DNA of 64,000 bases from Convolutriloba macropyga (taxonomy: Eukaryota). A program made the translations under genes and the position numbers. Position 1 is the stretch's first letter, and each line of letters begins with the position of its first letter. This document shows, piece by piece, positions 1-13,884 of this stretch. The stretch spans positions 74,648,001 to 74,712,000 of the forward strand of contig NC_134472.1 in NCBI RefSeq assembly GCF_964194025.1, in the 5' to 3' direction. The notes below the pieces were generated by a model. That model had not been told where the DNA came from. It did not search any database and worked only from the letters and a program-made list of their open reading frames with translations.

Positions 1-1452
1 CTAAACAACACGACACCCACTGTACGAAATTTATTAAATGAGCACAAAAAATTTAGGTCAACAAAAAATTTGGCGTCACCAAAATTCCGTATAAACATGA
101 TTCATTCAAACTTTCAAACATCGATAAACTTTATGGAAATTTCAGAAATTCTCTTCTTTTTCGAAAAAGTTTTTTGACCATTTGAGGTTATGGCAATAAC
201 TCAGCTAGTTGCTTGCGATAACATACGTTCTAAATTCAAGATCGTGGAGCTCACACACACACACAAAAATAGTAACAAATCATCTTCGTTATTTGGAAGG
301 TTGATCAAACTGAATTATAAAGTAGTAAAAAAATATAGATTCCATTGTCATTGGGAGTTAAAATACAGCCATCTCGCAATTTAAAAACGTAAAATATTTT
401 GCTGAAAATGTCAATCATTAATAAACTCGAAACTACAAAAGTTTTCATCTGAAGTACAACCACTTGAAGCCAAAAAATTAAAGATCAATAACAGGAAATC
501 AAAACCCCTGACGTTGGTAAGCCTTTTCTATTAAACCAAATGACAAAAACCTAGAAAAACTGGACGAAAAAACCGCCAAAATCGATTGAGCATGTGTACG
601 ATTTCATCAAAAACATCTTCAGGTCAAAAACAGGTATTCAGGTTACGAAATATCAGATGGTAGTCACCATATACAGTGATTTCAAAAAGTCCAAATACCC
701 AAAAAAACAGGAAACGCAATTTGACGACCCAATTTTGAACTTCATACGCAGTATTGGCTCTCGAAAACACTGTCAATTACCTATTTATGCACAGTCGCCC
801 CCCAAAAAAACATTTTTACAAAACTGAAACGAAGCAATTTGATCCAAATGGTCATAAAATGGCTAAAAACTGTTTTCTATATGCGCTATTTTCTCGAAAA
901 ACGCCTTTCAAAGTCACAAGTCATTCACTCAACGCAGCGCATAAAAATTGCTTTTAGGAGAGCACGTAAATAAAAAGTACTTCAAAAGCTCAAAAAACCA
1001 ATACTCCTCATCGAATCGTTGGAAGACCAAGAAAGCCAAAATGGCCCCAGCTATCTTATAGCTCCAAATAAAATAAAGCCGAAAAACCAAAACCTAGAAC
1101 TAATCCTCAAGCTAACAAAAACAAGCAAAATCGACAAACGTTGGTTAAAACGCTGAACAATCAATGAGTAGAAGTGATAAAAATTTGCCTTGTCTTTAGC
1201 ACATCTGCAAACGTTAGCACATCTCGCAAACGTAAGATATTTATTTCATTGCCAGAACTTGGAAAAATATAAGACATAAAAATTGAATTTAGTACAGTTA
1301 GAAAGCAATTTAGTACTAATAAACAGTAGAAAGCAGAATAATCGTTGCACTAAGCTGGCCAACGTCAATTGATACCCATTTGGCAATAACGAACTATTCA
1401 AACCACACCACTTCAGGCTCAAAATCTCCAAAAACTGACCTCTTCACCTCAC

Positions 1453-1469
1453 CTTACATTCGGGCCTTC
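1453..1469 (-). CDS. Candidate 17-nt microexon (GRPECK) of PLAC8-like gene
   Basis: CTGATTTTGCCAG|GAAGGCCCGAATGTAAG|GTGAGG; phase-compatible with the 2673 donor. Confidence 0.4.
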
Positions 1470-2269
1470 CTGGCAAAATCAGTATACGTAGCAATTAAAA
1501 AATGCTACTCAGAATAATGCAACTTACTACCTGGGCTAACCAACTTTGTCGAATCGAACAAACTTTGAGCCTAAATTTTGTTTTGGAACTTGAGTTTCAT
1601 CTATAATCCATAGCGATCAGTTGGGAAGCAGCTAAATGTTCGCAAAGCACGATCGGCATAAAATGGTCGCCAAAAAAGAGTATCAAAGTTTTTCCACATA
1701 CAATTTTGGGGTGGATATTTATGCCAGGGGAGCTTTATGTTAAGACGCCTGGGCCCGATTTCTATTTATCTTTTGCGTAGAATTAGAAGTGGTATCGTAT
1801 CCATCTGGTGATGTAGAATTCTTACTTTTAGAAAATAAGGTTTGATTTGATTTCTTTGAATGCAAGTTTCGCAGTAGGAATAGTTGCTCTCATCAGATTT
1901 CTAACTAGAATAATCCCATGCATCTCGGGGAGAGTCCTGCTGTGAACTTTAATAAGTCAATATTTTTCATAAATAGCTGCCGTAATATACTCAAACGGCC
2001 ATCATTTAACGACACTTTTTTTACAGTTCATATGAGCATTGTTTTTCGTTTTACGTTGTTATGGTCTTGATTCACTCATTTCACTAATTTATCGAAAACT
2101 TAAATTTCCGGATTCAAGCGAATACAGTCAACGACAAAAATGAAATCAGATAAGGAAAAGAATTAGAAAAGTGAAAAAACGGTTAGGCGAAAAAAATTGC
2201 ATAAGACCAACACGTTTACAATAATTGCTATGAACTTCGTTTCAGAGTAATTAAAAACCACATAATTTT

Positions 2270-2492
2270 AGATAAATAAAACCACACGTAAATAAACCCA
2301 CACGGAAATAAACCCACACGGAAGTAAACCCACACGGAAATGAACGTTGATTTTTGGTCGGTTGTGATAGTTTCATGTCAAGCCCCACGGGCCGCTAAGG
2401 CATGGCCATGGCCCGCGAGGCAGGCCCAAACGCGCTAATTGCGCAGCTCATTAAAGGTCAAGTGGTGGTTTATTTCCATGGGTTTTTTCCGA
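2270..2492. mobile_element. Small foldback/MITE-like element with subterminal repeats
   Basis: Four tandem AAATAAACCCACACGG-type units (about 2273-2340), GC-rich core, inverted copies at 2461-2491. Confidence 0.5.
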
Positions 2493-2672
2493 AACGTCTT
2501 GATGCTATTTGATTTCTTCCAGTTTTGTCACTTAGTTACCATTGTTGCAATTTATCCATATGGCAATTTGTACATTTTGGAATTTTTTCTGCATTTTACC
2601 TAATGCCAGGCTATTAAATCACGGGTTGATTAGATCTGCTGGATAGAAATTTTGGACTGAGAATCCACCCAC

Positions 2673-2790
2673 CTCTTTTGAGGTTTATCTCGAATATCCA
2701 GAACACACAGTATGTACTCATCATTAGAAGTGTCACCAAGAACATGAGAGTACCGATGGCACGACGCTTGAATACCCAACCCACATAAAA
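2673..2790 (-). CDS. Transmembrane exon of PLAC8-like gene (not in the ORF track)
   Basis: TTGTCGTTTTAG acceptor; FYVGWVFKRRAIGTLMFLVTLLMMSTYCVFWIFEINLKR; GAG|GTGGGT donor; phase 0 continues ...CPCFAE. Confidence 0.72.
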
Positions 2791-3619
2791 CTAAAACGAC
2801 AAACCTCATTATTTCACACTATACATGCAGCAACAAATAAAATATTACCCGGCCGTTTCGGGGGTTCATCTCGCTCTATATTTAAACACACTCCGCAGAT
2901 TACGTAAAAAGCCTCCATTGATTCCCATGACCCCCCCCCCCGAATGGGATCGAAACATCATCGAGACAGAAAAATTAAAAAATTATTTTGATCGGATTTC
3001 GCAGTTAGGCACATCGTGAGAGGATACAGGGATTGGTATCAATACCAACAAACATTGGAAGCGGTAACTAAGACAAATAAGAACAAAATTCAGAAACCTC
3101 GCAACTGAACACGGTTTTCATCGGGGTCTTCATCGATTTATAGTATCCTCAGTATCCTTTGATATCGTTTTCCGATATTGACTCGTATTTTAGCTTGCTT
3201 TGCTGGTTTAAAACACTAGAGCAAAGAATTACATTCGCCTTCAAAGGCGAAATTGTGTAAACAGAGACAACTCTTTAACTAAAACTAAGTAAAAATAGAA
3301 GAGTCGTCCTTAAGTGGTGCATACTAAAAGTACTCTTAAAACTGAACAAAACAAAATCTTTCAATAAAACTGAAAATCGAAAACCTCGCACAAAAAGCAA
3401 GCAAAATAAGCAAAGCTTTTTGAAAAATGAACTGCCGGAAATAGTCAAATTGCAAAATTTCTTCATTTGTCATTTCGAAAAACCACGGAGGGCAAAAATT
3501 AAAAATCATGTGAACGAAATGCATTCTACCTCTTTAATCCACAATGCATGCAAAAAAACCAGTGATCCTAAATCACTGATATCGCCCAAAAACCTGAAAA
3601 GCAACAAAAACTTAATTCA

Positions 3620-6600
3620 AAAACACTGGGCAAGGGGTTTGCTATGGTAGTCGAAAGTTAAACTAAGGAAGCCATCTTTTCTAACTTGTTGGGGGTGGAT
3701 GGGGGAAACTACAGCAGGCTATAAGCGTGGATGGAAGGCTCCAAACCACAACGCAAAAATGCCTTTTACAACAATCACGAACGCCTATACAAACGTTGAA
3801 TTGCCTTTCACACCTAAATTTATGTTTACTCAGCAAATTCGATCAGTTGCATACTTATACACTATTAAAACACTCACGTGCACATTTTAAAATGCCGAAA
3901 GTCTGCAGTGCCAGAAGTCAAAATGCCAGAAGTTGCTACTTAGCCAGAAGTTGACTTTCGTCATTTTAAAACGTGCGCGTTTCGTGTTTTAAGCATGGTT
4001 AAGTGACTCTGCAGAAGTCACTTCAAAATTCTGACTTAATATCTCGAACCGATTCGCAGTTCTCGACAAACGCCAGAAGTTCTCAGTGACTTCAAGCAGA
4101 GTCACTTAACCATTACGTAAAGCACTTGATTACATGATCCCTGGAAACTTACAAGTGAACCAAAATTTAAAAAACCGACTAGCGTTGGGCGAATTTCTCA
4201 CATAACCGGGCGTAGTTGACTCATCAGTTAGCTAACTGCGGACAACTGAGAACAGCTTGGCTAAATTGAGGGCGGGGGTAGTGGTGTGAGGAGCAAATTT
4301 GGGGCGTGCGTGTGGGGTCACAGGATGCATTCAGTTAATTGGGGTTAAGTGCTAGGTGTCGGGAAGAGGAATTTGGACGAGGATGTGCGGCTGAAACCTT
4401 AAAACGTCATTTGCAAATAGCTTAATTGTAAAAACAAGTCATAAATCTAAAAACAAAACCCAAAAATTTACAGGAATCGTTGAATTTAGAATTTCACATG
4501 TTCCAATACTTAGCTTTCGAAGTCTATATCCACCATGCTAGTAACGAATTAGGAGCAGTAGAGGTAAAAGTACGGTTCAGAAAATCAAAACATAGCAACA
4601 AATCAAACGTTCAAAAAGCTTTACAATTTTTTTTAAAACGGACTGCAGTCGAAGCAATTTAATTCAGAGGGCTGGGCTGCAGCCTAAATTTTTATGACAA
4701 GGGAGTGGTTCCAACCTCCGACCTCAAACCTAAGAGAATCAAATATTAACCACTCGGTCATCAAGATAGCCCATATTTGCTTCAGCAAGACTTAAAATTC
4801 TGAATAAGAGAAATAGGTCAAACAAAAATCAAGTCCAGCGTAAGAAATTTTCATCGAAAGAATGTTCCAGAACAAAACGGTCAAGAGGTTGGCTATGGTT
4901 GTTGCTAGCTTAAAAGCCAAGGGAGTCGATCTTTGCTGACCTGGTTGGGGGGTGGATGGGGGGAAACTACAACAGGCTATACATACGCGTGGATGGAAGG
5001 TTCGAAAACACCACAAAAACGCCTTTTACAACTGAATTACGAAATCTTACACAACCGGGTTGAGTCGCCCTTCACATCTTCATTTCTTCTAAGCAAATTC
5101 GATCAACTTCAAACTTAGAGACTAGTAAAGCACTTAAAGAATTGCATGATCACCCGGGGCTTTACAAGAACATAAAGTCTTAATCGAGTAGCGTCGGGCA
5201 AATTGCTATCAAACAACGGCGAACCCTTCACTTAGCTTGCGGACTAGGGAGGCTAACTTGGCTAAAATGAGGGGGTGAGTAGGGGAGGTCTGGTGAACAA
5301 AGGCGGGCCCGGTGGTTTGAGGTCACAGGATTCAACCACAGGAGTAGGGATAGGGGTTAAGTGTTGTGAGTGGGGGGATTAATACGGGGAGCATGTGGGT
5401 GCGGCTAAGAACAATGGCATGTACAAGTAAATTTACTGTAACAAGTCTTCGTTCCATCGAAAAACGAACCCTTGAAAATTGTTGACAGCACCTTTGAATC
5501 TAGAATTGCACATGTCGTTCCAGTACTTAGCTATCGAAGCTTACATCCACAGTATCACTAACGATAAAGCCCAGTAGAAGCGAACAAACGTTATAGCAAC
5601 AAAATCAAACTTTATAGCAACAAAGCCTTACTATAAAACTTTGAAAAACCGCCCAACGTCAGACAAATTGCTCGCAAATTACAGGCGGAGCAATTTAATT
5701 CAGAGGGTGCCTGAGCTACAGTCTATATTTTTATGGTTGCCGAAAATTATGACAATGGAGGGTTAAAATTCCGACCTGAAGTATTAAAAACTCGGTCATC
5801 GTGCTAGCTAGCTACCTCATCTTCGCTTTAGCAAATTTCTGAATCGGATCAATATGTCAAGCAAAAATCAAGTCAAGTCTAAGAAAATTTCATGGAAAGA
5901 ACGTTCTATAACAAAACGGTCTAGAACGGTTGGCTATGGTAGTTGCTAATTTAAACAAGGCAGCCGATCTACGCTGCCTGGTTGACTGGATGGGCGGAAA
6001 CTCCAGCAGGCCATAAGAATGGATGAATGGTACCCAACCACAACGCAAAAATGCCTCTGCGAATGACTACACAACCAGTTGAATTGCCTTTGACACTTTA
6101 TTTACAGACTAGTAAAGCACTTAAAAGAATTGCATGATTCCTGGCGTGGGGGGGAGGTAGGGAAAGAGTGGTGCGCAGGTGGGGCAGGCATGTGGGGTCA
6201 CAGGAAACAAACACAGGAAAACTTAAACGGCCTTACAAGTAGATTCCTGCAACATTCTGCAAAAAATTGTCAACTGCAGCTTTGAATTTATAATTGCACA
6301 TTTAACATTTATAATTGCACAAGTTCTTCCAGTACTTAGCTATCGAAGTCTATATCTACCATGCGTAACGATCTAAGTAACGATTTAAGAGCAGTAGAAG
6401 TGAAAATAATATTCAGAAAATCACGTTATATGAAATCACACTTTATAGCAAACTTTCATAAACCGACTGACGTCGGAAATTGCTCTCAGGCAGCCTGAGC
6501 AATTCGAGGGCTGGGCTGCAGCCTAAATTCTTATGGATGCAGAAAATTATGACAAGTGTGCGAACCTCCAACCAAAGAGAATGAAGTATTAACCACTCGG

Positions 6601-7715
6601 TAATCGTGCTAGCTAGCTCATCTTAGCTTCAGCAAAAGACTAAAGACAAACCATGTTTGCCTTAGCAAAAGACTAACTTTAGCAAAAAACTAAAGACTTC
6701 ATCAAAAGAGTTTTCTAAGAAAAAAGCGGTCAAGGGTTTGGCTAAAGGGAGCTGCTCTTTGCTGTCTGTTTGTGGTGGATGGGGGAAACTACAGCAGGTT
6801 AAAAGCGTGGATGTAGGGAAGGTTCAAAACCACACCGCAGGAATGACTTTTGCAACTTTAATTACGAACGCCTACACAACCCGTTTAATTGCCTTTTACA
6901 CCTAAATTTAAGTCTCAGCAAATTCGATCAACTGCATATTAGTAAAGCACAGGAATTACATGATCCCTGGGGATTTACAAGTGAACCAAAATTTAAACAA
7001 CTGACTAACTTGGGGCAAATTGCTCTCAAACAACGTAGAGCCGTGACTTCGTCAGTAGCTAACTCCAGACTAGGGAGGCTAAATTCAGGGGAGTTGGTAG
7101 GGAATGTGTGGTGCGCAAAAGTGGGGCGAGCATGTGGGGTCACAATAAAATCAGTGCAGTGGGGTTAAAGGATCAGTTGTACGGATTGAGGAGATTAACT
7201 CCTTGGAAAATGTGGATGCTGAAGAAAACTCAAGTAGATTTACAGTATAAACGTTTTCGTTCAAACAAAACCTAAAAGCATCTTTGAATCATGAATTGCA
7301 CATGTTCTTCCAGTACTTAGCTATCAAAGTCTACATCGACCATGCCATTAACTATTTAAGAGCAGCACAGATCATACGTTTCATAAATCATACTTTATAA
7401 CAACAGATCAAACTTTTTAGCGACAAAGCTTAACTATATAACTTTCAAAACAAACAGACCAGACTGACTCGGACAAGTTGTTCTCGAACAACAGAAGCAC
7501 TTTAATCCAGAGGGGCTGGGCTGCAGCCTAAATAATTTTATGGGTGCACAAATTGACGACCAAGGAGGGGTTGGCGCCTCCGACATCAAACCTAAGAGAC
7601 TGAAGTATTAACCACTCGTCATACTCATCTTTAGCAAAGACTTTATTTCTGAATAAGCGCAAAAGGACAAGAAATCAAGTCAATTCCTCGAAAGAACATT
7701 CTATAACAAAACTGT
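3620..7715. repeat. Four diverged ~0.8-1.25 kb tandem units with tRNA-like heads; partial dispersed copy at ~23440-23930
   Basis: Recurring markers GGATGGGGGAAACTACAGCAGG (~3695, 4955, 5987, 6777), CCAGTACTTAGCTATCGAAG (~4503, 5520, 6329, 7310), GGGCTGGGCTGCAGCCTAAA (~4668, 5704, 6508, 7513). Confidence 0.85.
3865..4115. mobile_element. Double-hairpin MITE-like insertion in the first array unit
   Basis: Inverted repeats 3868-3903/3953-3990 and 3996-4022/4085-4113; absent from the equivalent site of the other units. Confidence 0.65.
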
Positions 7716-8236
7716 CAGGCCAAATTGCCGTCACGCAAAAGTTGAACAATAATTGCATCAAACTTCGTTCAAGAGCATACTTTTACAAATTAACAGAAAA
7801 AATTTCTCTCCAAATGCAAATTGGCTTTCATTTTACACGATGAAAGGTAAACGGCAGGAAAAAACGAAAACAAACTGCACCGCTTTCAAGCTTCAAAACA
7901 ATAGACACAATCAACAGCTTCCGTTAACTAAATAAAATCCATTTGCCTTCAACACAAACACTCAATTTTCAAAATACTAGAAATTATGCTCTATATATCT
8001 TTGTTGTCTTCAGATGTAAACATCGTCGCCAACGTTTACTATAGCTCAGACCTATCCTCAAAATAACACTTGAGCAGCATTTACGACGTTAGATACGTTT
8101 TCTGTTCGACGTATATTGTTCTCCGATTAAAAACGAACTTTTACATGAAAATTTCAAGGCTGCATTCGACAACGGCAAGAAATGGCAATTGTTTTAAGGT
8201 TAAAAAGGCTAGACGTATCAGGGAAGAGATACTTAC

Positions 8237-8439
8237 TTCAGCAAAACAGGGACAGATGACTGAAACCAAGGCCACCCAGGGTTCGGTCAAGAATCCGAAT
8301 AGCCCAACTGTAAACTCCTCCCCCTCTAATTTGTTCTGCAGCCCCTTCATTGTCCATCTTCTACCATTTACCGCGTCTTTCCAAGTCCACACTCTACGTT
8401 TTGTATATCTCGGCTGTTTCAGTTGTTTCGAAAGATGCT
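8237..8439 (-). CDS. Exon with the start of a PLAC8/cornifelin-like domain
   Basis: ...KLEGEEFTVGLFGFLTEPWVALVSVICPCFAE resembles PLAC8 'W/F-x-x-GL-x-x-C-x-x-D...CPC'; perfect GTAAGT donor; 5' acceptor (AAATTAG) less certain. Confidence 0.72.
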
Positions 8440-8696
8440 CTAATTTATTGTAATTTTAAATTCATATAGCTCGACAGAATGTGCAATTGTCTTACCCGCT
8501 GTGATTCCAATAATAGAATTTATTTCCGCAGTGATTACAGTCTTGCATTTGAAGACAGTCCGAAGTCTGAAGTAAATGGAAAACATCCTTACGATCACTC
8601 TTTAGCTCCATTTCATTCGTTTTATGTCCATGTTTATTAAATTTGAGCTTTGAACTTTCTCCAGTGTAGCGTTTTTGAAACCTGCCTTATATCGAG

Positions 8697-8902
8697 TATA
8701 GCGTGTCCCATAAAGTTGAAATAAGCGAACGTTTCAAAATCCACAGGTTATAGCGTTCAAAGTTCAATTTTAAAACATAGAAAAAATTGATGAAAGCTTA
8801 ATGGAAAAACGTTGACATTCAAATGACCAAATTGATGCTCAATTACACTTTTTTTGGCGTTTTTCCAACTTTTGGTTATTTCAGCTTTATGGGACAGACT
8901 AT
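8697..8902. mobile_element. MITE with ~30-bp TIRs and TA(TA) flanks, Tc1/mariner-like
   Basis: TATAGCGTGTCCCATAAAGTTGAAATAA ... TTATTTCAGCTTTATGGGACAGACTATA; near-identical family member at 11871-12078. Confidence 0.85.
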
Positions 8903-9419
8903 ATTTGTGCGACACGCTGTAGTTTGTACAGGCGTACGTTTGAAAATCGCCAAAAACTGCAATTGAGTATCAATCGCATTTGCAGAAATGCCGCACTTTA
9001 TTACCTTTTTGAACTTTGACCGTTTAACTCGTCAAAAGATTTAAATCATTCATTAATTCAATTTTAATGGATCACTTTTTCACATGGCAAATAGGAAGTA
9101 CTAACATAACGGACTAACGTTGGGCGAATAGCTCTCAAACGACCGGCGAGCGGTTGGCTTCGTTATTAGCTAGCCACGGTTTAGTGAGGCTAGCTTTAGC
9201 TTGATTCGAATTTTTTATATTATCAGTTGTTTGATTTATTTACCAACAAGGCTAGAAAAGTAAATCGAAAAGCTGATAATTTAAAGATTTGCAGAATATT
9301 GTAAATCTAAAAGAACAGCTTCCAGATTTCGCAGTGAAAATGCTTAAAACTATTTTTCTGTATGGAGTTATCTCAAGTAACCCATCTGCAAGACTTGAAA
9401 AGCTTCGTTGGCCAGTAAT

Positions 9420-10840
9420 GATCGTTAAACTCAAAAACATTAATTTTTAAAACAATAGCAAATTTTAAAATCTTGCTAAAATTTAAGATATTAAAATCTT
9501 CAACGCCATTTCCTTGTCTCGAGAGACTATCCAGTATCCCTATTTAAAGCTTTAAAAGTTTCACGGGCCCAAAGATCCAAAAACTTGAAACAATAATTTT
9601 CCGATAATTTAAAATTTTATAAAAAGTGTAAAAGCTGGAGTCATTAAAATACTGATAACCATTCCGTTAACTCTAGAAACTATGCGACAGCTTATCATCA
9701 AACCTTGTAGGTCTCTAGAACCCTGTTGCCGGAAAAAAATGATTAAAAAATGATAAAGAACTGAAATTGCGAATATTTTTTATAAATTGCTGATATTAAA
9801 ATCTTAAAACATTCCATTACAACTAGAAGCTTTGCAGTAACCTATAATCAAAACCTAGAGGGGGTTATGTGGCTCTTGAGGCTGGAGAAACATAAAAACT
9901 AGAAATTCAAAAAACTTCAAAAAATTGCAAGTTGCATAAAACTGCACAAAAATTTGTGATAAAAGCAAGCTGAAAACTAATCCATGGCCAAAAAACATTT
10001 TCCAGTAATTTATTATCAAACACTAACGGAGATTTTCTGTTAGGCCAGAAGAGATCCTCAAGGGTCTGATATTAAGTTACTGAAAAAAATTTATTTTCCA
10101 TGGAATAGCTTTCCATTTTTAATGACAAATTTTAGCGATTTTTTTTTATAAAACTTGCCATTGCCATTTTTTTAAGTTTTTTGAAAGTTTGTGAAAACTT
10201 GAAATTGCCAGTTGTATAAAAAACTGCTAAAATTTGTGATTATAAAAGTTGACAACTAATCCCTGGCCAAAAAAAACATTTTTCAGTAACTTATTATCAA
10301 ACCCCAACGGAGATTTTCTGTTAGGCTGAAAAACCTGAATGACAATAAATGTCAACAAAATTAAAAACGGCAAGTTTTGTAAAAATGCCAAAATTCGTGG
10401 TGTTGAAATCTTGAAAAACATTACATTTAGAAACTGTACAGTAACCTATTTTCAAACCCTTGAGGTTCCTCGGCTCTTCAGGCTGCAAAAACCTAAAAAC
10501 GACAAAAAAAATTTGACAAAATTTGTCATTTCAAAAAAATTGAAAGCCACTCCATGGCAAATTAATTTTTTTCAGTAACTTATTATCAAACCCTTAAGGA
10601 AGTTTTCAGGACCCTGCGTCTGGAAAGACGAGGATAATTAAACAAAAAATGTCAAAAGTGAAAAAAATTACACGTTTTGTCAAACGCTAAAATTCGTGTT
10701 GTTAAAATGTTGAAACCATTCCACTACCAATAGAAACTATGCAGTAACCTATTATAAAACCCTTGAGGAGGTTCCTTGACACCTAGGTCTGAAAAAACTC
10801 GACAAAAACTTTCAAAAAGCGTGAAAATTAGTACAAAATT
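9420..10840. repeat. Degenerate satellite, period about 150 bp
   Basis: CAGTAAC(C/T)TATTATCAAACCC-like motif near 9531, 9689, 9835, 10002, 10283, 10439, 10573, 10742. Confidence 0.7.
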
Positions 10841-11081
10841 GCGTGTTTTTAGTTAGCCATCGGTTGTTCGTCAGTAGCCACGGAGGGGGAGGGGGGTTGG
10901 GGGCAACAGTGGGGTTGGGGCGCTACCTGTTTATCCCGTTTTTGAGGACGAAAAGTCTAAAGCCTCAGACGAAAAATCGGTCAAGCGAAAAATCGCATAA
11001 AAAAAGTCCGACAGGACTAATATAATTGCCACAAACTTCGTTTAAGAGCAATTAAGAACCCTAACAGAACTACAAAATAAC

Positions 11082-11151
11082 CTTGGTCTTTACTTTTTTC
11101 CCAGTTGATGCCGTTCCAGGGGATTATTACAATTTTGGTTTGAAAATTAAC
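11082..11151 (-). CDS. Exon of PLAC8-like gene
   Basis: GTGTTCAG acceptor; VNFQTKIVIIPWNGINWEKSKDQ; AAG|GTTATT donor; phase 0->1 joins the 8439 exon in frame. Confidence 0.55.
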
Positions 11152-11195
11152 CTGAACACAGTTCTATTCAATTTTTAGAACATGCATCTTTCGAC

Positions 11196-11404
11196 CGCTT
11201 CAGCAAGGGGCATTTGACTAAATGATTCATCCAAATTAAGCGCTCGCTTGGACTCAGTCTCCAATTCACTTTTATCCATATCCATATTAGCAGACGGCAC
11301 CAATTTCTCCTTATCATCCATAATGGCAGCACCCGCTGTATCGTAGGAATCGTTGTAGGCGTTGATACGGTTGTCTACCAACTCCTCGTGGATAATATCG
11401 ACAA
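11196..11404 (-). CDS. Exon of PLAC8-like membrane protein gene (acidic N-terminal region)
   Basis: GC-richer open frame VVDIIHEELVDNR...IMDDKEKLVPS...PLAEA after a ~100-nt AG-free zone ending CCCCAAG. The 3' end needs a weak GTCGAA donor (44-nt intron). Confidence 0.65.
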
Positions 11405-11524
11405 CTTGGGGACACCAGTAAATTCGCCAGGTAAAAGAGCAACACAAAAGCAACAAGGAAGAATTGCAGCATGTTTTTAGTTTATCAATGATGGCAGACA
11501 ACATACCTGCCTATAGAGTAGCAT

Positions 11525-12600
11525 TATAGCCAGTCCCACAAAGTTGCAACGCTATCGAACGTTCGAAAAACGTAAACACATACAAATTAGCAGAATGTTC
11601 TCTTTTGCGAGCCAATGCTTTCTTCGCCACTCAGCTTCATCATTTTTGATCAACACGTTTTGATCAAATTTGACCACTAAACGTAGGTCAAGTGACTATT
11701 TGGAACAATCGCTTGTATAGTAAGTCCCCTAAAGTTGCAACGCAAGCGAACGTTCGAAAAACTCGAGGGATGCTAATGAGCATCTTTTGACCAGCTATCT
11801 GCACGTTTTAAAATTGACCTTTCACCTTTTAAACGTTCGATAGCGTTGCAACTTTATGGGACTGACTATATATAGCGTGTCCCATAAAGTTGAAATAAGC
11901 GAACGTTTCAAAAGCCAGTTAGAGTTCAAAGTTCAATTCTAAAACATGTAGAAAAAATTGATCAACGAAGGCTTAATGGAAAAAACGTTGACATTCAAAT
12001 GACCACATTGATGCTCAATTGCACGTTTTTGGCGTTTTTCGAACGTTCGCTTATTTCAACTTTATGGGACAGACTATAGTAAGTCCCATAAAGTTGCAAC
12101 GCAAGCGAACGTTCGAAAAACTCGAGGCATGCAAATGGGCAATGTTTTACTAGATATCTACATGTTTTGAATTTGAAATTTGACCTTTGAAACGTTTGAT
12201 AGCGTTGCAACTTTATGGGACTGACTATACTTCACAGCGATAAGATACCCAGAGATATAGTCAGTCCCATAAAGTTGCAACGCTATCGAACGTTAAAAGG
12301 TCAAAGTTCAAATTTAAAACATGGAGATATCTAGCAAAATACTGCCCATTTGCATGCCCCGAGCTTTTCGAACGTTCGCTTGCGTTGCAACTTTATGGGA
12401 CTGACTATACTTCACAGCGATAAGATACCCAGAGATATAGTCAGTCCCATAAAGTTGCAACGCTATCGAACGTTAAAAGGTCAAAGTTCAAATTTAAAAC
12501 ATGGAGATATCTAGCAAAATACTGCCCATTTGCATGCCCCGAGCTTTTCGAACGTTCGCTTGCGTTGCAACTTTATGGGACTTACTATATCCCATAAAGT
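11525..12600. mobile_element. Chain of about six related MITEs, including a near-perfect 180-bp tandem duplication
   Basis: TIR core GTCCCATAAAGTTG recurs in both orientations; units abut at TATA; sequence lines starting 12241/12421 and 12301/12481 are identical. Confidence 0.9.
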
Positions 12601-13062
12601 TATACAGTACCAGTAAGTACAAAAATGCCAACATATCCAAATGAGCATTAATGTGGTCATTTGCAATGTCCATGCCTTTTTTCCATTGAACAGAAGTTTA
12701 TTTAAGTTTTCCAAACTTGCGAAGAGCTCAGGGTCTCAGCTAAAAAGTGCTCATAAAATCAGACCCAAGGTATAATGACATGCAAATAACGCTTTTCGAA
12801 AGAATTTTTACGTTTCTAGTTTATTATAGCTGGACACTTTCTTTATAATTGCGTGTTGTTGAACACCCATTTATCAGCGACTACATTTCAAACAATGCCC
12901 GCAAATACCATGAAGATAAAAAACCGTTGACCACACTAATCTGCGCTGCGATTGAAACAGAAACAGTTAGATAAAATAAGAAATTGGCCCCCTAATTTTG
13001 TTTGTCAAAAAGTGCGCTCATTTCTTCTGCAAAAACAGATAATTAGTTGCGATGTGAATTCA

Positions 13063-13092
13063 CCTTTTAAATTGGAGAACAGCCAGCGTAAT
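13063..13092 (-). other. Candidate 30-nt exon (coordinates +/-1)
   Basis: Branch-like GCTAAC, TATTTAG|TATTACGCTGGCTGTTCTCCAATTTAAAAG|GTGAAT; in phase 1 it reads LRWLFSNLK. Confidence 0.4.
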
Positions 13093-13884
13093 ACTAAATA
13101 CCAGTTAGCAGCATACTCTAATGAAATATGATAAATTAACGCAATTAGTGTTTAACATTAACATTAAAAAGCCTTTCAGTGCCCGGGCTTTATTAGTTTA
13201 TCCAGTTTCACTAGATTTCGCCGTCTGAACTTGGCCGAATTTCAATAAATTTGCTGAATGAATTCAAATTCCATTCAATTGAAAAAGTGAGTGGGGTAAG
13301 TTACAAATAAAACGTGAAAGTACCTTAAGCAAAAACGTAAAACGAGATCAAAAAGTAAAGCAAATTTAAAAAATAGCCGGCAGATTGCCGGAAAATAACC
13401 GCGATAGACGCTTGTAGCCTTCCATGAATTGAAACAACTAAAGGAATAAGATAGACAGATTGACCACCAGTCCTTTAATAGACCACTAGACTTTTGGGTT
13501 ATATTCGGACTGTCATTTTTATGACACATAAGGTCTCTAAGGAAAAACCCCTAAAAAGGCTTTTTCAAAACTGATATTCGAGAATTACTCAAGAATTAGG
13601 AACACAAGAAACACTTAAAAATCAAAAACTCAAGACTAATACTCAAGAATTGGGGCATATAAGTTTGACACTACTTAGATGCACACTATTGATCTTAACT
13701 AGAAAATGTTCATAAAAATTAAAGTTCCATAAGTGAGTTCAGAAGTTATTTTTTTGAGAGCGGTAAGTCCCGCAATTGACCTAAAATCAGATATGACGTC
13801 ACGCACACAAACTTTAACTGCAAACCAGTAGAAGTCACTGAAGTCATCGAAAAAGTCAATTCCAAGAAGTCGATGGAGACGAAT

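Noticed and set aside
12199-12590. Repeat-spacer pattern resembling a CRISPR array
   Set aside because: The repeats are MITE TIRs in both orientations, the spacers are identical, there are no cas genes, and the context is eukaryotic.
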